Assembly: GCA_963725665.1 (NCBI GenBank)
Contig: CAVRZA010000006.1
Coordinates: forward strand, 32,001-96,000
Direction of reading: 5' to 3'
Length of the DNA stretch: 64,000 bases
DNA from: an uncultured Actinomycetes bacterium
GTDB lineage: Bacteria > Actinomycetota > Thermoleophilia > UBA2241
Position numbers and translations under genes: made by a program
Shown here: in pieces, positions 42,865-52,783 of the stretch
Numbering within the stretch: position 1 is the first letter of the stretch
Layout of the letters: every line of letters starts with the position of its first letter
The notes under the pieces: model-generated
Seen by the model: the letters and a program-made list of their open reading frames with translations, nothing else
What the model was told of the DNA's origin: nothing
Database searches by the model: none

Positions 42865-43636
42865 CGCTCGCTCACCCGTGGGCCTGCGGTGCTTGTGAGC
42901 GCCCATGTAGATGTCCCTGACCATCTCGTTGGAGCGCGATCTCGTCGCAGGTGCCCTCGGCCGACGATCTCGCCGTAGTGCAGAAGGAGGATGCGCTCGG
43001 CCACGCCGAAGACGAGGTCCATGTCGTGGGCGATCATAAGCACCGTGATCCTGGAGCCCAGCACCGCGGATGCGGGCGGTGATGTCGGCGCTCTCGGTCG
43101 TCGTCAGACCGCAGCTCGGCTCGTCGAGCATCAGCAGCTCAGGCTCGCTGGCGAGACACAGGGCCATCTCGAGCTGGCGCTGCCGCCCGTAGGCCAGCGA
43201 GCTCACGATCTCGTCCCTGAGGTCCCACATGTCCAGCGGACTCCAGCAGCGCTGGGCGGCTCGCCGTGAAGCGCCTTGTCCTTCATGAGATACCGGACGA
43301 TGCCGTAGCGCCTCTTCTGCACGCCCTGCAGAGCGATGAGCACGTTGACGAGGACGGTCTGCTGGGGAACAGGCTGGTGATCTGGAACGAGCCGAGCCAT
43401 GCCCAGGTGCGTGCGCGGTACACCGAGTGACTGGTGATGTCCTGGCCCTTGAAGAAGACCTTGCCGGCCGAGGGCTTGAGCTGGCCGGTGAGCAGGTTGA
43501 AGAGCGTGGTCTTGCCGGCCCCGTTGGGACCGATCATCGCCACTCTCTCGCCCGGCTCGACGCCGAACGTCACGGCCTTGACCGCCGCCAGTCCCCCGAA
43601 GTGCACCGAGAGCCCTTGGACGTCAAGCAGAGCCAC
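42861..43636 (-). CDS. livG: ABC ATPase (LivG family), frameshifted
   Basis: GPNGAGKTT, LAYGRQRQLE, LDEPSCGL, AHDMD. Confidence 0.85.
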
Positions 43637-44698
43637 GTATCAGCCTCCTCCACCCGTTCACGAGCATCGGATCCGAGTCCTTCCCGCATGAGCATGATCA
43701 CCACCACGAACATCGCGCCCAGGATGAGCGGCCAGCGGTCGGGCAGGTAGAGACTAGCTAGGTACTCGATCCCAACGTAGAGGACGACGCGCCACGATCG
43801 GCCCCGCGAAGAGGGCGGCGCCGCCAAGGATGACGATCATGAAGCCGATCTCGGACGTCTGCATCGGCCAGGCTGTTCGGGGTGCATGACGCCGCCGAAG
43901 TAGGCGAACAGGACACCCGCCACGCCGCCGAACGCGCCGGCGATGACCCAGGACGTGTACTTGTAGAGCCACGTGTTGTAGCCAAGAGCCTGCATGCGTC
44001 GCTCGTTGTCGTGGATGCCCTCAGACCGTAGCCGTAGTGGGAGTTCTGGATCCGGTACATGAGGTAGATGCAGACGACCGCGAAGATGAAGACCAGGTAG
44101 TAGTACCTGGACGGCGTCATCCTCAGCCCCATCCCGAGCTCGGGGTCGGGGATACCGGCCATACCGGTAGACCCCCCGGTGAGCGAGCGCGCCGCGATCG
44201 CCACCCGGGATGCGATCTCTCCAAAGGCCAGCGTCACCAGCAGAAAGTAGATGGGGTTGGTGTTGCCGGCCCCCACACCGAACACCCTGAAAGCCGGGAA
44301 GCCCAAGAGGGCGGCCACGGCCGCAGCGAAGAGCACGGCCAGCACGAGGTTCAGCCAGAAGTTGGAGATGCCGGCGTGGAAGATCAGGATGCCAGCGGCA
44401 TAGCCGCCGGCGCCGAAGAAGACGGCGTGGCCGAAGGTCGGGATATTGGCATAGCCCCAGAGGATGTTCATGCTCATGGCGAAGATGGAGAAGATCATCA
44501 TCTTCGTGACGAGGCTCTGGAGGAACGACGGGATGAACGTCGGCAGCACTGGAGCGCGACGCCCACGATGATGATCGGCAGGACGGCCCGGAGCAGCGAG
44601 CCCCGAGCCCTCTTCACCGGAGCGGCGGCTTGCCCCTCGGCGACCTGAGCGTCGCCCGGGACACTCTCCGTCATGGGCTCGTCCGCAGCCTCGCCCAC
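43623..44698 (-). CDS. livM: ABC permease (LivM family), frameshifted; ends approximate
   Basis: MNILWGYANIPTFGHAVFFG, YFLLVTLAFGE, TGGSTG, VILGG. Confidence 0.8.
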
Positions 44699-44724
44699 GA
44701 TGGTGCCTCCCTCTCGCTCGTCCA

Positions 44725-45585
44725 TCAGAACACCTTGCGACCGATCAGCCCGCTCGGCCTGACCAACAGGACGATGACGAAGATGACGTAGGACGTGAAC
44801 AGGGCCGCCGATGGGAAGTAGGCCTTGCCGAACGTGTCGAGGACCCCGATGATGAGCGCCCCCAACATGGTGCCCTGGATATATCCGGTGCCGCCGACGA
44901 TCACGACCACCAGGGTCAAGAGCAAAAGGTTGTCGCCCATCGAGGGATAGGCACCCAGGATCGGGGTGCCGAGAAACCCGGCGGCCCCAGCCAGGGCGAT
45001 CCCCAATACGAAGATCAGGGTGCTCACGAGACCGTAGTTGATACCGAGGCTCACGGTCATGTCTTTGTTATCCATCCCCGCCCGGATGATGGCTCCCCAG
45101 CGCGTCTTGTCCTGCATCCACCAGAGGACGCCCAGCACGACCAGACCGACCCCGACGATGAAGACACGGTAGATGGGAAACGCCAGATCGCCGACGTGGA
45201 TGACGCCGGTCAGCCGCGGAGGCGTCAGGCCCATCTGCGCGAACGGACCCCAGATCCAGAGCACGATGTTGGCGACTATGAGAGCGATGCCGATCGTGAG
45301 CACACCTTGCTCGGGAGGGTGGTTGTAGAGATGTCTGAGGAAGAAGTAGTAGAGAGCGAACCCGATCGCGGCGAGCCCGAGAGCTGCGACGACGACGCCA
45401 AACCAGAAGGCGTCAAGCCTGCCGACCACCGCGAGCCCGATGTAGGCACCAAGCATGAACAGGGCGCCGTGGGCAAGGTTGAGGACCCCCATGACGCCGA
45501 AGGTCAGGGAGAAGCCCGCGGCGACCAGGAAGAGGATGAACGCGTACGAAAGCCCGTTCAGTCCCGTGACCAGCACTTGGTTCAT
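44725..45585 (-). CDS. livH: ABC permease (LivH family)
   Basis: MNQVLVTGLNG...FGVMGVLNLAHG, VGGTG, RPSGLIG. Confidence 0.88.
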   Translation of the reverse strand: MNQVLVTGLNGLSYAFILFLVAAGFSLTFGVMGVLNLAHGALFMLGAYIGLAVVGRLDAFWFGVVVAALGLAAIGFALYYFFLRHLYNHPPEQGVLTIGIALIVANIVLWIWGPFAQMGLTPPRLTGVIHVGDLAFPIYRVFIVGVGLVVLGVLWWMQDKTRWGAIIRAGMDNKDMTVSLGINYGLVSTLIFVLGIALAGAAGFLGTPILGAYPSMGDNLLLLTLVVVIVGGTGYIQGTMLGALIIGVLDTFGKAYFPSAALFTSYVIFVIVLLVRPSGLIGRKVF

Positions 45586-45607
45586 ACGTCCCCCTAGCTT
45601 GCTCCAG

Positions 45608-45652
45608 CAGTGCGTCTGCACACGGGCTGCCAGTGCGTCTGCACACGGGCTG
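45608..45652. repeat. Tandem direct repeat, 2 x 22 bp (period 23)
   Basis: CAGTGCGTCTGCACACGGGCTG at 45608 and 45631. Confidence 0.85.
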
Positions 45653-45740
45653 TCTGCTGGCCGCGCGCCTCGCTCTGGTCCATATCGCCGAGATACCTGT
45701 CGTCTAGACGCCGAGTCTCCCCCGGTGCCAGCAGGGAGAT

Positions 45741-45754
45741 GATATACCGATATC
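45741..45754. promoter_or_regulatory. Putative IclR operator, site 2 (perfect GATAT-ACCG-ATATC)
   Basis: Perfect palindromic arms in the divergent liv/iclR region. Confidence 0.6.
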
Positions 45755-45860
45755 GGACTTTGGCAACACTGAATAGCGGACATCGCCATCTTGGCGCACG
45801 AACGCCTCACTCAATGCGCGAGAACCAGGGGAATTACCGGTGGCAGGCCAAGATTCACTT

Positions 45861-45876
45861 TGATACCGACATATCA
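45861..45876. promoter_or_regulatory. Putative IclR operator, site 3 (TGATAC-CGAC-ATATCA)
   Basis: Second copy in the same intergenic region. Confidence 0.55.
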
Positions 45877-45926
45877 CGAATGCTAGAATCGGGCCGCAAT
45901 CGGCGCGCTTTGTGAGCTGATTCTGC

Positions 45927-46793
45927 GTGATGGGGGGTCTCTTGGCAACCAGGCCGTATCTGCGAGGCAAGGCAACGCTGCTCGAGACGACTTCGATCCG
46001 CAACGACGAAGCCCTATTGGTGCGCGCGTTGTCGAAGGGCCTCCTCGTGCTCAGCCTCTACGACGCCGACCATCGCGAGTGGAGTCTCGACCAGATCGTC
46101 GACCAGACGCGCCTTCCGCGGATGACCGCCTACCGCATGGTGAGAACGCTGGAGAGCGCCATGTATGTGGTGCGCGACCCGGCGACCAACCGCTACCACG
46201 TGGGTCCCGCCGTGATCGCGCTGATGTACCTCCGAGACGCGTACTTGGAGCTGGTCAGGATCGCGCGTCCCTACTTGGAGGCTCTCGCCGAGGAGGCGGG
46301 AGAATCCGCTACCCTCGCCGTCGAAGTAGATGGCGTCGCGGTCAGCGTCGACATGGTGAACACGACTCGCCCCTTCAAGCGGGAGCTGACGCCGGGCCGA
46401 ATCATCGGCGACACGGGCAACTGCAGCGGAAAGGTGTTCGCGGCGTTCAAGTCGCCCGCTGAGAGAGCACTGCTCGTCGCCTCGCCTCACGCGCAGTTGA
46501 CTCCGAACACCATCACCGACCCGGACGCGCTTGCCACCGAGCTGAAACAGATCGCGCGCAGCGGCGTCGCCTTCGACATCGAGGAGCGACACATCGGCAC
46601 CTGCGCTGTGGCGGCTCCGATCCGCGATCAGTTGGGAGCGGTCGTGGCCGCGATGGCGCTCGTGGCACCGACTGGGCGCTTCGGGCTCGAAGAACGGACG
46701 CGGTATGCAGAAGCGGTCAAAGCCAAGGCCGACTCCTTGTCGGCCTACCTCGGCTATTCCGCCCAACACCGTAGCTCAGAAGGCGTCGTCTAG
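45927..46793 (+). CDS. IclR-family regulator, paralog B (start uncertain)
   Basis: VRALSKGL...DADHREWSL, PRMTAYRMVRTL, GESATLAVEVDG, TRPFKRE, PIRDQLG, PTGRFG. Confidence 0.88.
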   Translation: MMGGLLATRPYLRGKATLLETTSIRNDEALLVRALSKGLLVLSLYDADHREWSLDQIVDQTRLPRMTAYRMVRTLESAMYVVRDPATNRYHVGPAVIALMYLRDAYLELVRIARPYLEALAEEAGESATLAVEVDGVAVSVDMVNTTRPFKRELTPGRIIGDTGNCSGKVFAAFKSPAERALLVASPHAQLTPNTITDPDALATELKQIARSGVAFDIEERHIGTCAVAAPIRDQLGAVVAAMALVAPTGRFGLEERTRYAEAVKAKADSLSAYLGYSAQHRSSEGVV

Positions 46794-47948
46794 GATTTCG
46801 GCGACGTCCTGCTTGCCGAAGGCGCGAGCGTTCGACCCGAGGAAGTCGTCGATCTGGCTCCACGAGAGCTCGACGACCTTGGGGATATCCTCGCGCCTGA
46901 GCCCGTAGTCCCGCAGCCGGTGCGCCATTCCTATGTGGTCGAGGAGCTGCTCGACCGCAACGATCGAAAGTCGAGCAGCCTCCAGGTCCGACATGCCGCT
47001 CACCTGCTGACCGAAGATCTCCGCGATGCGCTTGAACGCCTTCGTCTTGGCCGGCAGGTTGAAGCGCATCACTGCGGGAAGTATCGCCGCCATCGAGCGT
47101 CCGTGGGTCAGCTCGCAGACCGCAGCCACTCCGGTGGCGATGCCGTGCACCGCGCCGATGAACGAGCTCATGTAGGCCCAGCCACCCATGCTTGCCGCAA
47201 GGGCTAGGTTGTAGCGAGCCTCCCTGTCCGATCCGTCGGCGACCACCGCGCGCATATACCGGTTGCAGATCTCGAGGATGCTCTCGCTGAACAAGTCGGA
47301 CACGGGGTTCGCCTGCGTGCCCGTGAGGCACTCGATGCCGGTGACGAGGGTGTCGACGCAGGTGTCTGCGGTCGCCTCCGGCGGCATCGACATGGTCAGC
47401 AGAGGGTCGTTGATCACCACGTCGGCCAGCATGAACGGGCTGTTGATGGCGCCATGCTCGTGGGTCTTCTCGTCGATCCGCATGACCGCCGCGGAACCCG
47501 TGTCGGCCCCCGCGACGTGGGTCGTGGAGAGGACGATCAGGGGCAGGCCGGGCCGCGCCACCCTGTTGTGTCCCACCATGCCGCGCAGGTCCGTGCCGTT
47601 CGTCGCCGCCACGGCGACGCACTTGGCGATGTCCATGGCACTGCCCCCTCCGCAGCCGACCACCAGGTCGCAGCTCGAAGACCGAAGGAGCTCGACCGCG
47701 TCGGCAACAAGCTCGATCGGCGCGTCTGGGAGCACGCCGTCGTAGATGGTGAAGGGGATCTGCCCTTCCTCGAGTGACCTCAGCACGGGCGCTACGTCGC
47801 CACGCTCGATCATCGTCTTCTTGGTTACGACAAGGACCTTTGTGCCTCCCAGGGCCTTGACCTCATCGGCCAGTCCCGCAGCGGCTCCGAAGCCGAGGAT
47901 GAACTTGCTGGGCGACAGGAACTCGAAGCCGCCTAGGCTCGAAGGCAT
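46776..47948 (-). CDS. Iron-containing alcohol dehydrogenase family protein
   Basis: SD AAAGGAG; GGGSAMDIAK, STTHVAGAD, NDPLLT, GAVHG...THG. Confidence 0.85.
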   Translation of the reverse strand: MPSSLGGFEFLSPSKFILGFGAAAGLADEVKALGGTKVLVVTKKTMIERGDVAPVLRSLEEGQIPFTIYDGVLPDAPIELVADAVELLRSSSCDLVVGCGGGSAMDIAKCVAVAATNGTDLRGMVGHNRVARPGLPLIVLSTTHVAGADTGSAAVMRIDEKTHEHGAINSPFMLADVVINDPLLTMSMPPEATADTCVDTLVTGIECLTGTQANPVSDLFSESILEICNRYMRAVVADGSDREARYNLALAASMGGWAYMSSFIGAVHGIATGVAAVCELTHGRSMAAILPAVMRFNLPAKTKAFKRIAEIFGQQVSGMSDLEAARLSIVAVEQLLDHIGMAHRLRDYGLRREDIPKVVELSWSQIDDFLGSNARAFGKQDVAEILDDAF

Positions 47949-48035
47949 TGGGGCGCTCCTTTCTCTGATCGCGGACGCTCCAGCGGCCGTTGTGACTGAA
48001 CCACCCCTGCTCGCCGGCACTCGCCCGGCGGCCTG

Positions 48036-48175
48036 CTACACGATGGGAGAGACGCGGCCGAGGTAGCCGCGCAGGGTGGTCGATCCCATCTCGCGGTTGT
48101 ACGGCGGGTCACCCGTCGTGAGCACGTTCAGGTTCGAGTCAGCCCAGCCGTGCACGTCGTCATCTCTGTGCAGGA
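48036..48175 (-). pseudogene. Orphan 3' fragment of a Mo-bisPGD oxidoreductase (C-terminus of the dinucleotide-binding domain)
   Basis: Translates HGWADSNLNVLTTGDPPYNREMGSTTLRGYLGRV, alignable by eye with HGVFISNPNVLTSNDHLDPMYGSPDLTCLLCKV at the end of 38017..40215. Confidence 0.65.
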
Positions 48176-48198
48176 ACACAAGATGCGGCCAAACGTGA

Positions 48199-48242
48199 GC
48201 GGGGGAGGCTTCACGACTTGTGGTCGTGAAGCCTCCCCCCGC
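48199..48242. terminator. Hairpin downstream of the SBP gene; same family as 40671
   Basis: GGGGGAGGCTTCACGAC-TTGTG-GTCGTGAAGCCTCCCCC. Confidence 0.7.
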
Positions 48243-48280
48243 GAGAGTCAACTACCTGGTCCGCTCCACCCCTAAAGGCA

Positions 48281-49524
48281 TCACGGGTTCGTGAACGTCA
48301 CGTTCGGATACGTGTAGACGGGCATCCACCGGTAGTTGCCGTCGACCTTCTGCGTCTTGGCGATGTAGAAGTTGCCGGTGCCGACGAACACGCTTTCGTA
48401 CGGAGACATCGTCACCGTGCCGATCGGCGTGTCGATGCTGATGTCCGCCATGGCCTTCTTGAGCGCCTCAGGCGACGTGTCGCCGTTGGTCTTCTTGACC
48501 GCCGCCAGGAACAGATTGACCGCGGTCCACCCGCCGAAGGAGTCCATGTTGGGCAGCTCGCCGTTCCACATCTTGGTGTAGTCGGCGACGAACTTCTTAT
48601 TGAGGGGGTTGTCCAGCTGCGAGAGATAGTGGTCCGAACCGATGATGTTCAACGAGAGATCGCCGAGCTTCTTCATGACCGGCTCCTGGAGGTCGTCGGC
48701 CATGGTCATGACCAGCGGAGCGGTGATGCCGTAGTCGTTGTACTGCTTGATGAACGGACCGGTGCCGTTACCGAAGATCCAGTTGTACGTGCAGTCGGCC
48801 GGCTTCAAGGAGGTCAGGTAGGAACTGAAGTCGACCGTGTCGATGGGCACGTACTTCTCGGTCAGGATCTGACCGCCGCCCTCCTCGAGGGCCTTCCTGA
48901 AGCCGCGCATCAGCTCGTGGCCGGTCGTGTCCTCGTAGTTGATGGAGTTCGCCGTCTTGAATCCGAGCTGCTCGACCACGTACTTGCCGAGCAGGTATCC
49001 CTCCATCGCGAACATCCCGGCCGGGATGAACGACAGGTTGTTCCCCGTCTTCAAGTTGTCGGTCGGCTGGCCGAAGATCGAGATGGAGGGTATGCCACCG
49101 CCCTCTTTGCCCAGATAGCCGGTGACAGCCGCGTTGGCCGGCGAAAAGATCGGACCGAGCATGACTTGTATCTTGTCCTGCTCCACAAGCTGCCGGGCCT
49201 TCTCGACGGCCTGGGTCGGATCGGAGTTGTTGTCGGCCTTGATGTACTCGAGCGGCCTGCCCATCCACTGGTTGTTGACCTCTGCCATAGCGGTCTTGAT
49301 GCCGTGCTCGGTGAGGTTCGCGTCAACGGCCATAAAGCCCGTGAACCCCTCATCGAACCCCATCTTGAGCGGCTCTCCGGTTGCTGCCGGCACCGGCGAC
49401 GCCGACGCCGAGGCAGAAGCGCCACCCCGGAGGTCCCGCTCGAGCCGCACGAGGCCAGAACGAACGCGCTGATCGCCAGCATGAGCACGAGCACCAAGAA
49501 TATTGTCAGTGGCTTCTTGTGCAT
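48281..49524 (-). CDS. Lipoprotein ABC substrate-binding protein (LivK-like); indel after the lipobox
   Basis: MHKKPLTIFLVLVLMLAISAFVLASC signal; PLKMGFDEGFTG, DNNSDPTQAVEKARQL, DFSSYL. Confidence 0.85.
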
Positions 49525-49907
49525 CTTCAGTCCCCCTTTGCCTGATTTCCTTACGCTATGCTTGCCAGAACCACGCACCGTGGCACCCCCTACCACACGT
49601 GCGAACGCCGGCTAGGTCCCCGTAACAGACAGTCTCCGCATACACCCCCTTGCCCTGAATCCGTCGCCAGATCGGCGGTGTGCCGGCCGACGGACTCCGC
49701 GTGTCGCCTCGTCTTGTCCCCCTTCGCGACGAGCGCGCGCGAGCGCCGCGTTGCCGGCGAGATCCCCGGTCGTCGACGGTGACTGGCAGGCTACTCCACC
49801 TCCAAAGAGCAGACAATACCGGTACTATCGACTTCGCGCCCAGGAGGCCGCGCCCTGGGCTCGCTCATAATCATGGCCGGACATCACGCTCTCGTAGCGC
49901 AGTCGTG

Positions 49908-50723
49908 CTACGCATACGTGGTTTCGTTGAGCAGGGTCGCGAAGGCCCCGATCGGCGTGTTGGCCAGCTCGCCGAAGTCGTCGGACTCATAGCCGAGGAG
50001 TTTGCCGGTGGTCTTCTTCTGGCGCCAGTCCAGAAGCACCACGCCGAGCGTGGGCACGATCTTCTCGCGCCAGACGAACAGATAGAGCTCATCGTCGATC
50101 TTGTAGTAGTGACAGCGATCGGTGTCGGCAAGGCCCTTCTCACTGCCGGCCAGACACTGCCACGTGTACAGCTTCTCGTTCAGGTAGATGTGCTCGTACG
50201 TCTCTGTGCGACTGTAGACGTACTTGACCCTCTTGCCCACCAACTCCGTCGTAGGTGCATGATGGCACTCCTCGGTGTCGAACGGCCTGTCAATGGCCGC
50301 TCTCTGGAACTGGACGCCGACTGCCGTCAGGTCCGCTCCTTCGCTGGCGAGACGGTAGGCGCTCTTCTGGACCTCAGATTCGGCAGGCAGCGTGCCGGTA
50401 ACGGCCGTCGCCCTGCCGGCTGCGAGATCGAGGACCAGGCTGACCGACGTGGCCCGCTGAGCGCGACTGACATAGTCCACGAAGTAGAAGGCGTCCCTGA
50501 AGCAGGTCGCGGAGTAGATCTCTTCGCCCCTGGCGCCTTTGGCGGAGCCCTCCAGGACCTCCCAGCGCAGCTCATGCGCGTCGGCGAACGTGAAACGGGT
50601 GGAGCTGCCGTCTTCGAAGAAGAGCTGCAGGGATTGACCGCTCAAGGCATCTACGGCCGCGAGTACGTTCTCGCTGATCCCCTTCGCCAGCTCCCCGACC
50701 TGTATGAATCGCAGATCATCCAT
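49908..50723 (-). CDS. moaF: MoaF-family protein
   Basis: FIQVGELAKG, YVYSRTETYEHIYLN, WQCLAGSEKGLADTDRC, YLFVWREKIVPTLG. Confidence 0.82.
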   Translation of the reverse strand: MDDLRFIQVGELAKGISENVLAAVDALSGQSLQLFFEDGSSTRFTFADAHELRWEVLEGSAKGARGEEIYSATCFRDAFYFVDYVSRAQRATSVSLVLDLAAGRATAVTGTLPAESEVQKSAYRLASEGADLTAVGVQFQRAAIDRPFDTEECHHAPTTELVGKRVKYVYSRTETYEHIYLNEKLYTWQCLAGSEKGLADTDRCHYYKIDDELYLFVWREKIVPTLGVVLLDWRQKKTTGKLLGYESDDFGELANTPIGAFATLLNETTYA

Positions 50724-50753
50724 CGGCCGCTCATATCCTCCCAGCCACCGATG

Positions 50754-51948
50754 TCATCCGGCGGCTTCCACGACGGTCGTCATGCCCTGCCCGCCGGCGA
50801 TGCAGATCGTCGCCAGCCCGTACCTCGTGCCTCGTTTGTGCATCTCGTGGAGCAGCGTGGTCAGGATACGGGCGCCGGAGCAGCCGAGGGGGTGACCCAG
50901 CGCGATCGCCCCGCCGTTGACGTTGACGATCTCCCGGTTCAGCCCGAGCTCCTCGATCACCGCCAGGCTCTGCGCCGCGAACGCCTCGTTCAGTTCGATC
51001 AGACCGATATCGTCCAACGTGAGGCCGGCGCGCGCGAGAGCCTTGTGCGTCGCCGGGACGGGCCCGATGCCCATGATCTCGGGCCCGACGGCGGCGACCG
51101 CCTGACCCCGAATGGTCGCCATTGCCCTCACGCCCCGACGCCGCGCTTCCGCCGCCGACATGATCACCAGGCAAGCGGCGCCGTCGTTGCGACCCGACGC
51201 ATTGCCTGCCGTCACGCTGCCACCCTCCTTGAACACCGCGGGCAGCTTGGCGAGCTTCGCCATGCTCGTCTTCCGCGGGTACTCGTCCGTGTCGAAGACG
51301 ACCGCGGGTCCACTGCGCACCGGCACCTCCACGGGGACGATCTCGTCCTTGAACCGGCCTTCCTCGATGGCGCGCCGGGCCCGCTCCTGGCTCTCGAGCG
51401 CAAACTCGTCCTGCTTCTGCCGAGAGATGCCGTACCTGTCGGCGAGGTTCTCCGCCGTCAGTCCCATCGTGAGGTCGCCGTACACCTCGTATGGCTGCGA
51501 TCGCGGCTGGCTCTCGGTGTTCGGATCCACGAGGACGGCGTTGCCTGAGACGAGACCGAAGCGAGCCCCTCTCAGGTAGTAGGGAGCGCGGCTCATGCTC
51601 TCCACGCCGCCGGCCACGACGACGTCGGCTTGGCCGGCTAGAATGGACTGCACGGCGTTGTGGACCGCTTGCAGCCCAGAGCCGCACTGGCGCATGACCG
51701 TGTATGCGGGGACCTCGACCGGCAAGACCGGCTTTGAGAGCCGCCACGCGGGCCAGGTTGGCGGCATCCGCGCTTTGCTTGGTCTGCCCGAAGATGACCT
51801 CGTCGACGTGTGCCGGCTCTATCCCCGCGCGCTCGATCGCCGCGAGGATCACGACCTTGGCGAGCTCCTCCGGCTGCACGTCCTTGAGCGCCCCGCCGAC
51901 CTTGCCCACGGCGGTACGGACCGCAGATGCGACGACGACTTCAGTCAT
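50754..51948 (-). CDS. Acetyl-CoA acetyltransferase (thiolase), frameshift near 51725
   Basis: [48 protein letters not shown]. Confidence 0.92.
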
Positions 51949-51964
51949 GGCGGATCGCATAGCG

Positions 51965-52737
51965 TCAGGCGTACGCCATGTTCCCGCCGTCGATGTTGAG
52001 GATGGTGCCCGTGACGAAGTCCGACGCCGCCGACGCCAGGAAGACGACGGGCCCCACGATGTCGGCGACGGTGGCCATGCGGCCCATGGGCACGTTCTGC
52101 AGCATCCTCTCGTAGCGAGCCGCCTCGTCCTTGATGCGCTGCTCTGTCATGGGCGTCACGGTGATGATCGGGGCGATGGCGTTGACCAGCACGCCGTGAG
52201 GCGCCAGCTCGCAGGCCAGTTGGCGGGTGATCATGTCGACCGCGCCTTTGGTCGCACAGTAGGCGCTGTTGCCGCCCGACGTGCCTCGCTGGCCTCTGAC
52301 CGACGACAGGCTGATGATCTTGCCGCCGCCCTGCTTGACCATCTGTGCACCGAACGCCTTGCAGCAGATCATCACTCCCCTGACGTTGACGGCGAAGAGC
52401 TTGTCCCACTGGTCCATAGGGAACTCCGTCGCGGGCGCCTTGAAGTTGACTCCCAAGGCATTGACGAGGATATCGACACGCCCCATGTCGGAGACCGCCT
52501 TGGCCACCAGCTCCTCGACGCTCGTTCTCCTGGGTGCAATCGACCTGGTAGACCCCGACCTTCTGGCCCGTGGTCGCCTCGATCTCGGCAGCCGCGGCGC
52601 TCGAGAGTGGCCGGGTTGACGTCGGCGATCGCCACCCGGGCACCGTAGCGCGCGAGCCCGTCCGCTATGGCGTTGCCCATGCCTCCGGCGCCGACGACGA
52701 CGGCGCTCTTGCCCTCGAGCGAAAACAGGTCATCCAT
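51965..52737 (-). CDS. Short-chain dehydrogenase/reductase, frameshifted
   Basis: MDDLFSLEGK..VGAGGMG, SSVRG, YCATKG, VNAIAP, DGG. Confidence 0.85.
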
Positions 52738-52783
52738 GGCCCATCTCCTTTCCTCCACCACTGCTCTGCGCTCTTCTGCGCGC

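Noticed and set aside
45608-45652. CRISPR array
   Set aside because: Only two adjacent copies, no spacers and no cas genes
32675-49524. Horizontally acquired genomic island with defined ends
   Set aside because: It looks slightly less GC-rich by eye, but I cannot compute this, and I saw no integrase, tRNA or att repeats
49908-50723. Molybdenum cofactor biosynthesis role for moaF
   Set aside because: The name comes from the Klebsiella monoamine regulon; no Moco genes are adjacent and the context is catabolic
37939-51548. Long antisense or alternative-frame ORFs (for example 37939..40086 -, 49680..51548 +)
   Set aside because: Shadow ORFs expected from high-GC codon bias opposite real genes; no recognisable motifs
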